64,000 bases of DNA from Paraspadella gotoi (lineage: Eukaryota; Animalia; Chaetognatha). The notes beneath the pieces were generated by a model. It saw only the letters and a program-made list of their open reading frames with translations. It was not told the origin of the DNA and searched no databases. Position 1 is the stretch's first letter, and the number at the start of each line of letters is the position of its first letter. Below, in pieces: positions 51,677-64,000 of the stretch. The stretch spans positions 20,979,000 to 21,042,999 of the forward strand of contig CM119265.1 in NCBI GenBank assembly GCA_051294375.1. The letters are read 5' to 3'. Made by a program: the position numbers and the translations under genes.

Positions 51677-54600
51677 GGCCTAAATAAACCGTCTCACCGT
51701 TGGCGCCCGATTTCGAGGTTAGGGTCTGGAAAATCAAAAGACCGGTTTACAACTGAGACGCGAGACGTCGCTTCCTTCTTCCTCAGCCTCCTCTACCCCC
51801 TTCTCCTCCTCCCCACCTTCCTTCTCATCTTTACCCCGCCTTACACCTCGGCTTTTAGATGCGAAATGGAAAAATAAACGATTATTACGCAAACTTTCCC
51901 TCGACGATCACGACGGGAAAGAATGGAGGCGGGTAAGGGTTGAAGGTAAGTACCGACCTTTGAGTTGAATTTCTTTCTTTTTTTTTTTACCCGGATACAG
52001 TTTACGGGTCTTTCTTTGCATATCGTTATTAAAATCTTTTAATCCTTTGGGGAGAAAGAGTTTTTTTTTAATGTTTCGGGTTCAGAAATATATATATCTC
52101 TTGTCAGAAGGATTTTTTTATTTCTTTGTTTATTGGTTTTTTTTTTTTTTTTTTTTTCTCTTTTTTTTTCCTTCTTTCTTTTCACAAATCAGTCAACGAT
52201 CCTTCTATGGAGGAGGAGGAGGAGGAGGAGGAGTAAAGGAGGATGAGCAAAAAAGAGAAGGATGAAGAGCAAGAGAAAATCCAGCAGGAAAATCCCCGAG
52301 ATTGAAAGGAAAAGATTTAAAAGAGAAAAAAAGAAAGAATCCATTTTTTTTCGTCTTTCAATTGTTTTGGTTTTTATGCGAGTCCCTTGGGCTATCCTCT
52401 CAAGTCTCTCTTTCTAGTCTCTTTCTTTTAAGTCTCTCTTCTCTAGTCGCTCCTCTTCAGTCTCTTCTCCTTTGGTCTCTCCTCTAGTCTCTTCTCTTTT
52501 AAGTCTCTCTCTCACTCTCTCTCTTTTTTAATTCTCTCTTTTCTAGTCTCTCCTCTTTTAATCTCTCCTCTTCAGTCTCTTCTCGTATAGGTCCTCCACA
52601 CTTGTCTTTTCTCTTTTAAGTCTAACCTCGTCTAGTCTCTCTAGTCTCTCTATACTCCAATCCCATCTTTTAAGTCTCTCCTCCAGTCTCTCCAAGACTC
52701 CACTTATTCGTCATCTCGTTGTTTGTTTAGCCAAAACTTCTCAAGTTCACAATGGGACTAAAGGAATAAAAAAATGGAAATAAAGATAAATAGATCCAAA
52801 TTCAAAATTCATTTCAGAAAAATGGGAGAGAAGGACACGAAAACTAAAAAGAAAACGATACCTGCAATATACTGTACTATTTAATATAATAATTATATAA
52901 TTGATACAATTAACGACTAACTCCAATACGGCTAAAGCGTTGCTGAAATTCTGGTTTAGCTGAAAGCTGAGTAATATATAGTGTAGAAATAATATGCTAT
53001 AAAAAAACAAGAAATGTATTATTCGCATCTCACATTCGTCACCGAGAATCAAACTCCACCGACGTCGTCCTCGCGGTGACGTCTCCCGATTGTGACGTAT
53101 CAGACTCCAGAGACGGCGACCTGCTCCGGCGCTGCCAACCCCTTTTTCCCCACTTTAGGTTCCACCTCCGGTATTTCGGTCACGTATCGATCCGTTCTCA
53201 CCAGGAACTTCCCTGTCATTCGGATCAGCGACGGACGGCGAAGTCAGGCTCATGTGTCCGCCTGTTCGACGTTTTTCCGGAGGTCGTGTATTGTCGCGTC
53301 ACTTTCCGGATCTGCAGAGATTCGTGGAACGTTGGAAATCAATCCTTTCATGGGACAATAGGTTAAGTACGAGTTAAAAAAATCTTTTCGCGATCGATCG
53401 TTGCACAAAAAAAAGTCGGCGGTGTTTTTTCTTTGAAATTAGCTTTCATTTGTCTATTTTTTTAGTTATATCGGCCAGTTTCTATAATTTAAATTATCCC
53501 AGTTTCTTCTTTTGGTTGTCCAGTTTCTCCTCTAATTTGTGATATATTTCTCTTGTGGATTCTTTTTCTTCTTTTAAGTCGCGGACCCATTGAGCTCTTC
53601 AAGTTGAAACTCGTCGTTCGTGGCTCTTTCGCGCTCGAATATTATTTTTTGGTCTTTTCTCCCTTTAAAGTTGTGGGCCCCGTTTCCTCCTTTATTCAAA
53701 TTCTTCTCTCCCGTTCAAGTTGTGGGTCCGTTTCTTCGTTTAAGCTCCAAAAAGTCCGACCAAACTGAGCTCAATCTCCTCCTTTGATCCCCCGAAATCT
53801 CTCTTCTCTGTTTCGGTGAGGAAGGAGAAGAAAAGTAATTGAGAAAGAAATGAGAAGATTGAAGAGAATAATTACGACTATTCGCTCTTAGTTAATAAGA
53901 TTTACTTAAATTAGTCCGTTTTAAATTAGTCTTTAAACATCTAGTAAATACTTCTTACGCCCTGGCCAGCGTAGTAATTTTTCAACTTTTTTTTCTTCTA
54001 CATTTTTTCCATAGTCCGTAAAACTCGACTCCAAACACAACTCGGATCGTTACAATATCATTGCCTCCTTTTTCTTCTTACTCGCGCGTCCGTCCTCGGG
54101 CTTCGTTTCCCATCGTTTCTCTTTACAATTTTTTAGCGATTTTTTCTAAACACTTTGTTTAGCGATTTTTTTTTTTTGGAAGTAAGGGTTGTCTAGACTT
54201 AGCATACTTTCAACCGAATTTGTCTGGTCTTGAACTTTTTATATTCATTTTCACTACACATTAGCTACTCTACCCCGACTGATTCTCACGCTTCGTTTTC
54301 TAGACCCGATTTGACTACACCCAAGACTAGAGATTGCCTTCTCACTTTAGATCTAACAACATTACTATGTTTTGCCCCTTTGCATCCACTCTTTACTTTT
54401 CACCACTCCCCATATTTGTATAAATTTTCGCGTTCACTCCATAAAACTCATTCCTCCATTTCCGTTTTTCCTTTCACTCCAAATTCATTCACGACATCCA
54501 GCTTTTAAAAACTCCGACGACTCCCTTTCCTCTCTCTTCTCGCCCCAGCCTCACAACACCCCTTCTACCCCTGCCTCCCTTTGCTCTCTCATTCTCACAA

Positions 54601-57121
54601 AACAGATCTCCATGCCCCTTCTCACCCCTGCCTCCCTTTTCTCTTTCCTCTCAACCCCAGATCTAACAACACCCTTCACTATTCACCCATTAGGGTTCAC
54701 GCTTCGATACGCATCGCTGATTCTTTTACAAACGAAAATCAGACGCAACAAGTTTTTTTTTACTGGAAGACGAGACGGAGGAAAGGGGAGGAAGCGTGGA
54801 AGGAAAGAGAGCAGGAGGAAGGGAGGAAAGGGGAAGGAAGAAAAAAATGGAAACGATAATAGAGACAACATGGAAGGAAAAAATAGAAGAAGGAGAAAGA
54901 AAGGATTAAGAAAAGAGGATAGGAAGTAAAAAAAATATGAGCTGAGTAAAAAGCAAAACGTGGGAGAAGAGCAGAAGGTGCAAGACAAAGATAAAGCGAA
55001 AGAGAGGAAGAGGAGAAAGAAAGAGAGAAGGAAGAGAGACGGAGAGAGAGAGAGAGTGGGTAGAGAGAACGAAAGAGAGTCTCAGCATTCAAAAAGCTAA
55101 GATTCGGCGGATCGTGAGGCGAGAAAAATGAAGAAACAAAAAGTTGCCCGATCCCACAGCTGAGATGATAAACTTTTTTTAACCATCTGCATAAAATATC
55201 CCTGCGGGACCCATTCATCTTTGGCTAGGGGCTTCGGTTTGGGATGGGGCCCTGCCAACGTCCGCCCAAGCCCCACCTGTAGTGAATCGGAATAGGAATC
55301 ACGGCCGATGATCTGAGAGAGAGTGGGGGACAAGGGGGGGGGAAGAGGGTGGAATTAGGAGAGCGGGGGGGAAAATTAAACCGAACGGTAAACACGAATA
55401 GTAGGAGCTATGGAGTCGAATGGAGCGAAGTTTAGTGGAGCGTAGAAGCGAATGAAGTAGAGGAAGAGTGAATAGTCAGACGGTCGAGATGCAATTGAGA
55501 GTCATTACTCACGGAGGAGTTGCTGTCCTCAAGGATCGAGTCTGGAAATCTGAACAAGAGAGGAGGGAGGAGGAAGAAGAGGATGAAGAGGGACGGGCGA
55601 GGACATGACGCGGAAGAGGGGCGCGGTCATGCGAGAGAAAGAGAAGCAAACGGGCGAAAGGAAAAAGTAATAAATTTGAATGGGACTCTAGAAAAAAAAA
55701 AGGTTTTGGTTTTAAACAATTTGGAAGAGTCAGGGGGAAAATGTGTCCGGATGTTTTTGTTTTTTTTTTCTTTTCTTTTTTCGTTTTGGCAATCGCCAGT
55801 AATTCATGAACATGGCCGAATAAAAAGATTCGGAGAGCGGAGTAGAGTTTTCATTTCTTTTAAACGAGGAGCACGAATACTCAACTGTCTCTGACTCTCT
55901 CTTTCACTGACGCCCACTCATTCAGACGGAAGTACCACGTAAATCCTGCGAACAGAGCGTCGCACGGCGTTAATCTTGTGGGATGTACAAAAAATAGACG
56001 CAATGACTCGACCGTAGAACATGACAGCAAGGTTCGAAAAGAACAGCTGTCACTGTCCAGCTCAAGAAATAGTATCGGGTTAATTACTGGCTGGTTCGGT
56101 TATCAAACAATAACGTTAAATAAAAAAAACAGTTGCTCCGCGAGCGGTGGAAAAAAGTTTTATCTTAGAATCCTCGAGACTTAGTGGGATGTAGCCGGTG
56201 GAGGCGGCCGCTGTGGCGGCGGAAGCGGCGGCCGTCGCGGCGGAGCGGGCAGCAACGGCAGGAATAAACAACGGCGGGGATATTTGGCCGTCAAACATGA
56301 GCGCCGCTTTTGCAGATGAGAGACGAGATAACAAGTGAATTATGGCTCCGGCGGACGTCGGAACTAAGAAGATCCCTCTATATCCGACGAAGGATTCCAT
56401 TCATACGGCCACTGGTTCTTTCCACATCCGGGACCTTAATTCCATTCGAATTTGGGAAATGGTTTCCTTCGTAAAACGAAAAATTATAGAAAGAATCTAT
56501 TAATTTTACGTCATAATAAAAACATCAAATGGGCATTAATTTTTATAAACCTAAAAATTTGACACGACAAGAAACAAATCTTTGTTGCAATTTCAGGCCC
56601 GGTGAGGAAAAAGGTTGTCTCGTTTCGAGTTCTGGTCAGTATCTGGTAATAATATCTTATACCATAAATTATGGTCAACATTTTTACCTCTGCTGATTAG
56701 TCCGTTCATACCGAGGTCGAAACTTGCCTTGCCCGGAAGAAAACCAGATTTTTACGGGCTTTTTTTTTGGAAGGCATTATATGTCATAATTTTGTACAAA
56801 TAAAACTTGAAACTAAAAACATTCCTTTAGCGAAAATTTACATAATATCTCAAACCTCTCTCGTTTTTCTTCCTTACTCGTAATTCTTTGACAGCAATCG
56901 ATAAATATTAAAACATTATTTTTTCATAAATAATAGAAAATAGTTTCACGATCTCATCACGTGTTTAAACCTGTTGACCGCCATACCAAAGAATACAGAT
57001 TCCGCCTTCCGCCGGAGACGGGTGAAATAATGGAAATAGAAGGAACTAGACAGAGAGTGAGTTAATCTCTTTGCGTTGCGGTCAAACACGATGCGTAAAA
57101 GCACAAAGCAAAAAGCGAAAG

Positions 57122-57200
<79 letters not shown>

Positions 57201-58832
57201 CGTTGGTCGTCGCATCATTTCAATCTTTTCGTCTTTCGCAGTCAGGTTTTTTTTTAACAGATGAGCGTTCGCTCGTTTCTCGCGGTGTCAGTTCGCTTTC
57301 AGGCTCTTCAGAAACAAAATATAAGAAAATAGTATAATAATTCTCAATATAATCTCAATAATCTCAAAAAATAGGAATTCCACTTTCGATTTATAAAAAG
57401 TTTCTACTTAATTCCACTACTCCCTCTGAAGTCGAAATTAAATTTCTCTCCTCTTCTCAGCTCCCAATTTTTAAATCTTCACTCCACTGTCTTACAAGGC
57501 CCCTCTTTCTCACTCACTCACCCCATTTCATTTCCTTTGCCAAATCTACCCAAATCTCATTGATATGATTTTCTCGCTCACCGCGAAACCATAAAAAACA
57601 CAAATGAAATTCACTTCTTATCGGATTTCAACAGACAGACGAGAAAAAAAAGTTTGGAAAAAAAAAAAAATATAAAATTTTTGTGTTATATATCGCGAAC
57701 CCGGTTTTACAGTTAGCGAGTTACTTATTTAGAACCATTTTTCTATTATCTTTTTTTTAAATATAGAAAGCGAAAATAATATTCAGCTTAGAATAATAAT
57801 AGTTTCATAAAATATCGGAGCATCAAGGGTTGAAACCCATCGGCTCAACACCCATGTTTAATCGAGTATTACCTTTAAAAATTCAATTTAAAAATTCAAT
57901 TGGATTCAATTAGAACCTGCCATATTCAAAGTTGCGATTGAAAAGACTTGGGAAAAGAAAGAAGGGCAGACGGTCGCTCAGTGTGGAAGACTTCCAAAGT
58001 TAAAATTGAAGAGCCAAAACAATTTCATTGTCTCTGTCAACAATATTCGATGCCACCATTTGAACTAATAAGGATCAGCGCATGGTTAGAATCTCAAATT
58101 AACTTCAATGCTATTCTGTGGACTCCATTCTTTTTTTTTTCCACTCTCACATCAGCTCACTCTTCGCTCCACTCACCCACCGCACCCTTTCACTTATCAC
58201 GTATCCTTCGCTCGTGTCCTTTCACGCGAGTCACTTCTCACATTTCCTTCACAATCAGTCCTTATAACGAACTAGAGATTCTTTCAGTATGGAAAATCCG
58301 TCTCTATCTGTCTCCCCCTCTGTCAGAGTCAGACGCGAGCTGCGCACGTCGGTCCGCGCAAAACTCGCGCGCACATGCGAGATCTCTCGTCTCTCCCCCT
58401 ACCTACCGAGTTCTAATTGTCGTCGGAATCAGAAACCGACGAGAATGTGATTTTCATTGAGATAAGATCGCCGCTCTCATCTCTCTCTTTCCCTTCCACC
58501 GCAATTCGCGATTCGTTTTTACCAGATTTCAGCGGAATTTCTTTTTTTTGGGGGGGGGGAAAGTTAGTTTTATAAAAATAAATTGGGGGAATTGGGGGTG
58601 GGCAATTAAGTGTGCGAACGAGATGTTGGCTGGAGGATCGACATCCGTAGCCATGCGCGACTCACGGAAAGAGTTGCGGTAGGAACTGGTTGAGCCTCCT
58701 ACCTTGGTCATTTCGTTCCCAGAGGCGACGAAGAGTTCGAAGAGACGCTTCGAAGACTAATGAGGTTTGGCGCGGAAATCATGAGAAGAGGGCGCGCACG
58801 AGAACTCGGAGGCGTCGAGATTAAAAATTGGG
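51677..58832 (-). repeat. Block A, copy 3 (inverted; noisier toward its distal end)
   Basis: Reverse complement of 33063-40175; ends at ttaaaaattggg, the same point where copy 2 begins. Confidence 0.95.
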
Positions 58833-58864
58833 ATCTCTCTCTTTTGATTCTATATGTTTTCCTT

Positions 58865-59430
58865 CTTTATTTCCTTCTTTCCTCCCCTCCTTTGTTCCTT
58901 CCTTTCTTCTCTCATCTTCTTTTTCCACTCCGCGATTTTTTTTCTATCCACTTTTTTTTCCCTCAATATATGTTTTTCTTTCGTTTTGTTTATGTTTTTG
59001 CAGCTGCTCTTCGGAAAGTGCTCGGTAGAAGGAGGACAGCATAAGGCGCGACAACAATGGCAAACCTAGCAAGCAGCGGCGGACCCTGCAGCAACTGCAG
59101 ATTTTGCCGCAGCAAAAATCTGCGAAAACAGATAAATAACATGATTGATTTCATTTGACATCTTCAAAGGCTGGAAGAAACTAAGACCGAGCGTGAGAGA
59201 ATGAAATCGGATTGAGAGAGAGAGAGAGACTGAGCGAGATATATATATGTATTTTTTTTAATTTGTCTTCTAAAAGTACTTTTGCATCGACTCGACAAAC
59301 TTTTCACCTCACCGCGCCAACCAAAAAAAACAACATTAAAATCGAAGATGAATAAAAATAAAAAAATAAAAAAACTTGACAAAGAAATTCGATAAAGTCG
59401 ATAGTTTCAATTTCTGCCGCTCGCCGCGTC
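58865..59430 (+). repeat. Forward copy of the end of block B that continues into unique sequence
   Basis: Matches ~42460-43030, then reads through the hairpin instead of folding back. Confidence 0.9.
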
Positions 59431-59866
59431 GGCGTTAGCATCGGGTTGGCAGCGCCACCTGCGGTTGAAGCGGCGGGAACCGGAGATATCGAGGATGGCG
59501 TAAGCGGGAAGAGTAGAAGCGGACAAAGTTGAAGCGTACTAGCGGGGAAGAAACAGTTACTGCAGAAATACGTGATATCTGTTTTAAAAATGGCCGTTGC
59601 TGCGGACTTAGTGGCGTAGATATGGTTGCGCCATCTGTGTTGAAGTTCAAATCAAAAATAGTTTTCGTGTAGTTCTCGACATGGGGGGAGAGATCGCCGC
59701 TTACGGTCGAAATCGCAGCCGTCGAAGCAATCTGGGAATAAGCGATCGAACTGGAAAAAGTGGGGGCGATGGGAGCGAAGAAAGAGATTAGACAGAAAAT
59801 AAAAAAAAGCAAGAGATGAAATGAGAAGAAGGACAAAGAAAAAATAGGAAAGATAAATTGGAAAAT

Positions 59867-60022
59867 TTGGTTAAATTTTAAAGGACAGATTAAGATATTT
59901 CGGTTCAAAATTTAAACAGTTGACGCACTCAAAACTAAATAAGGTTGGTTAAATTTTAAGGGACAGATTAAGATATTTCGGTTCTAGTCAAGATTTAAAC
60001 AATTGACGAACTCAAAACTAAA
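59867..60022. repeat. ~78-bp tandem duplication (2 units)
   Basis: ttggttaaattttaa.ggacagattaagatatttcggttc..atttaaaca.ttgacg.actcaaaactaaa occurs twice. Confidence 0.85.
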
Positions 60023-60871
60023 ATGGTGGCCGTAAAATGTGAGGGACAATATTATTTATTAACGTGACACGAGACTAATATCCACTGCGCATTGTGTAAT
60101 ATCTGCGAGTGGAAATCGAAAATCTATAAAGTTTCTAGAACAACGAAATGCAATTGTTTTCAAGTGAATATTAATTTTTTTTTTCAAAAATTAATTCTGC
60201 CATAAAATGTGACGATGAATTTAACGACGGGATTTTTTCGATCCTGAGAAAACTTTTTTTTTTCTCCCGGAACTGGAGTCATAACCGGAAACCTTTCCGG
60301 ACCACTGATGACAACGACTACGACGACGACGACGACGTCGCCATAGATCATCTCTCGTTCCATAAATGGCGAAAGGCGGTGACGCGACGGTGATGAAGTC
60401 GGAGAGAAAAAAAAAGTCACTTCTGGTTTCCCGATTCGCATAAATTCTTCTCTTCATCAAGATTCTAAATTGGAACCAGAGAACGAGGATTTTCGTGGGA
60501 GGAAGGGGGAGGGCGAGAAGGAGAAAAGAAGGTTAGAAGAAAAAGAGAGAGTAAAGGTAGAGAGAGAGGTGGTGAGATCAAGTAGAAGAGTATCCCATTA
60601 AGAGAAATAAAAGCTTGAGGAATATAAAGATATATGAGTTTAACTTAAATTGAATCAAGAAACTTCAAAAGTAGGGCTAAACTTAACCTACGCTCGGGAA
60701 AACGTTGGAGAAAATAAGAAAGGAAAAAAAAGGAAGGAAAAGGAAAAAGGAAGAGGACATGAAATGAAAAGATTTGCGAGAAGAGAGCGAGGGTATGATG
60801 ATTAACTACGCGAAAAGAAAGAGCGAGAGAGAGAGAGAGAGAAGAGAGCGAGAGAGAGAGAGAGAGAGAGA

Positions 60872-60920
<49 letters not shown>

Positions 60921-61124
60921 GAGAAAGATGAAGCCAAGATTTAAAGCTCGGACATTAAAAGAGCCAATGGAATTTCAAGAAAGACAAAACACAGTGCGGT
61001 TGGAGAAAGGTGCAGAGAAGTAAGGGGACATTTCTTCTCTCTCTCCTTTTCTATCGCCTTGACGAAGCCCAAACTCACCTCTCTCTCTCTCTCTTTCTCT
61101 CTCTCTGTCTCTCTCTCTCTCTCG

Positions 61125-61181
<57 letters not shown>

Positions 61182-62239
61182 ATTACGTTAACAATATATT
61201 CGATCGAAATTAGAGTAGTATTCTGCATTGTAACAGTCATATCAAAGTCTCGTTATCCGGAAAAAGTATCGAAACCGGGGCAGATTCATCCTCCATAACG
61301 ACGACGACGAAGACGACGACGACGACGACGCGTCCTTCTCCTCGTCCTCGCGCGACGGAAGAAGAAGGAAAAGAAAGAAAAATAATTTCGCGTCGCGAAA
61401 AAGAAAGAAAAAAAAAAGAAGAAGAATTTTCCCGCGACTTTTTTCGGTATTTGCGTCCTGAACGCGAACGGTGGCGGTGGTGGCGGGTTGGGGGTATAGG
61501 GTGGGAGGATGGTGGTGAAATACGTAGGTGTAAAAAGGGGATTACTGGCATAAGAGAGACAGAATAAGCTTAAAAATAATAGCCATGAAGGAAAAAACTA
61601 AATGAAAAAAACAAAAAACAAACAAACAACTGAAATGCAACGTAAAGTATCGAATTTTCATCCTCGGATATTTTTATTTTTTAAAATCGTCTTTCGTCCA
61701 AATTAAAATCTCGAATATTCGACGCCCAATCCAATGAATTAAAACAACATTTTATCGAACCGGTAAAGAAGTAATTTCAGAAGTTGGTCAAGTTTTTAAA
61801 ATCATGGCGAGTTGAGCCGTTGATCGAATGCATGAGTTTTCGTTTTTAGTTGCATGAAATTAAGTTTGTTTTATTGTTTATTTAAAATTTTAATGCTTAT
61901 TTCTTATTATCTAATTAATAAACGTAACCAAAATAAACAAAACTACTTCACTCATGGCTGACACAACCATAAAAATTGAATGAGAACAAAAGAAAAAAAA
62001 CCCCGAAACCTCAAAACGCAAAACGCGTAAAACTAAACGTCACAAAAACGGAGACGTTTTCGCGTAAATAATCTCGACGGGGACTTTTTTTCCTTCTCTT
62101 TTACGTGATTCGTTCACACGAAAGATAACAACAACTCGTAATTTCAAAGGTTCACCTCGCGAAATATTTTCAAACTAATCGTATCACAAATAGAATAATT
62201 ATGAAAATAATCATCGATGGGAAATTAGAAAAAGAAACA

Positions 62240-63649
62240 NNNNNNNNNNNNNNNNNNNNNNNNNNNNNNNNNNNNNNNNNNNNNNNNNNNNNNNNNNNNN
62301 NNNNNNNNNNNNNNNNNNNNNNNNNNNNNNNNNNNNNNNNNNNNNNNNNNNNNNNNNNNNNNNNNNNNNNNNNNNNNNNNNNNNNNNNNNNNNNNNNNNN
62401 NNNNNNNNNNNNNNNNNNNNNNNNNNNNNNNNNNNNNNNNNNNNNNNNNNNNNNNNNNNNNNNNNNNNNNNNNNNNNNNNNNNNNNNNNNNNNNNNNNNN
62501 NNNNNNNNNNNNNNNNNNNNNNNNNNNNNNNNNNNNNNNNNNNNNNNNNNNNNNNNNNNNNNNNNNNNNNNNNNNNNNNNNNNNNNNNNNNNNNNNNNNN
62601 NNNNNNNNNNNNNNNNNNNNNNNNNNNNNNNNNNNNNNNNNNNNNNNNNNNNNNNNNNNNNNNNNNNNNNNNNNNNNNNNNNNNNNNNNNNNNNNNNNNN
62701 NNNNNNNNNNNNNNNNNNNNNNNNNNNNNNNNNNNNNNNNNNNNNNNNNNNNNNNNNNNNNNNNNNNNNNNNNNNNNNNNNNNNNNNNNNNNNNNNNNNN
62801 NNNNNNNNNNNNNNNNNNNNNNNNNNNNNNNNNNNNNNNNNNNNNNNNNNNNNNNNNNNNNNNNNNNNNNNNNNNNNNNNNNNNNNNNNNNNNNNNNNNN
62901 NNNNNNNNNNNNNNNNNNNNNNNNNNNNNNNNNNNNNNNNNNNNNNNNNNNNNNNNNNNNNNNNNNNNNNNNNNNNNNNNNNNNNNNNNNNNNNNNNNNN
63001 NNNNNNNNNNNNNNNNNNNNNNNNNNNNNNNNNNNNNNNTCACGTTTAATGGGTTTTCTTAGGGTAAATAACTAAATATGCAACGCTTGCTAATTTTTGA
63101 AAATACTTTTGAGCGAAAATAAAATAAGAATCAATATTTGTATTACGTAGTTGTCATTTAAAACAGCGACGAGTATAGTTCAGCGAGGCATTAACCTGAA
63201 TACTGATTGAAAAAAATTAATAACCTCAGTTGTTTCATATATTCGTTTCGCTCTGTACAAACTACAAAGTAAACAAGACTGATTTCCTCTCCAGAGGTCG
63301 CCAGTTTCCTCTTTAACTCTTTTCTCGCTTTTCTCGTACTTTCCTGCTTCTTTCCTTTACATCTTCCTTCTTTCCTACTTCTTTCCTTCGTATCGTCTTT
63401 CTTTCCTTCTTTCTTTCCTTCGTATCTTCTTTCTTTCCTTCTTTCTTTCCTGCTTCTATTCTCGCTCAATTTTTCTATTCCCGTCCCAGATCTNNNNNNN
63501 NNNNNNNNNNNNNNNNNNNNNNNNNNNNNNNNNNNNNNNNNNNNNNNNNNNNNNNNNNNNNNNNNNNNNNNNNNNNNNNNNNNNNNNNNNNNNNNNNNNN
63601 NNNNNNNNNNNNNNNNNNNNNNNNNNNNNNNNNNNNNNNNNNNNNNNNN
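62240..63649. other. Assembly gaps (N runs at 62240-63039 and 63494-63649)
   Basis: Runs of N. Confidence 0.99.
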
Positions 63650-64000
63650 CACAGTCCCTGCCTTTCTCCTATAAATTCTTAGCCATGTTTGCTCATTCCT
63701 TTTCACGGAGATTTCTCTTCATTTTTACCCCTCATCTTCTTTGACATACTGTCCTTCCTTCCTCCTTTTCTCCTTCCTCCCTTCTCTTCCCCGTTCACGC
63801 TCTTTCCTCCCCTTATCTTTCTTTTCCTTTCTTTTTTATCTTTTCTTCTCTTTCCTCCCTTTTCCTCCCTTTTCTCCGCGACCCCAAATCCTCTCCATTG
63901 ACCTTCCTTCATTTCTTTTCATTTTTCCTACGCGATTCCTCGTTGATGGCTTGACCCAAGGATTATGGCCTTTTCAAGATCTCACACTCTCGCTCACTCT

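Noticed and set aside
33063-58832. Interpretation as a Foldback, Maverick/Polinton or other giant-TIR transposon, or as a hairpin telomere
   Set aside because: No internal coding region, integrase, polymerase or target-site duplication; the arms are copies of adjacent host sequence with read-error-like indels.
59435-59908. 157-aa minus-strand ORF with an exon-like middle part
   Set aside because: No recognisable homology, ambiguous frame in noisy sequence, and an N-terminal part derived from a pyrimidine tract; not called as a CDS.
22035-63912. Numerous ORFs rich in SLSLSL, RERERE, FFLSF, KKERK or X
   Set aside because: They are translations of (CT)n and (CTTT)n microsatellites, purine/pyrimidine tracts or N gaps, and their frames are not preserved between repeat copies.

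Overview
Eukaryotic (animal) genomic DNA with a compact gene organisation and mostly 60-180 bp introns. The AP-1 sigma C-terminus ([15 protein letters not shown]) resembles the nematode/arthropod type, suggesting a small invertebrate; the taxon is inferred only. The first ~22 kb carries four + strand genes spliced by hand into stop-free ORFs: TM9SF3 (9 exons, 608 aa), an unusually long vinculin/alpha-catenin family protein (10 exons, ~1709 aa), AP-1 sigma (3 exons, 157 aa) and importin beta-1 (15 exons, ~875 aa). A fifth gene, not evident from the ORF track, lies on the minus strand inside the 3.7 kb intron 7 of importin beta: a 4-exon mannose-6-phosphate-receptor/ATG27-like (MRH-domain) type I membrane protein ending in YERM. 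From ~23 kb onward I recognise no protein-coding gene. 25.9-59.4 kb is one ~10 kb stretch present in several direct and inverted copies, with two fold-back centres (43039/40 and 48827/28), N gaps, an apparently identical 3.7 kb duplication and scattered 1-bp indels. This is best explained as a fold-back (amplification or long-read) chimera of the second haplotype, nucleated at a natural hairpin. I found no convincing wholly new biological system; the best leads are the nested MRH gene and the atypical vinculin-family gene.
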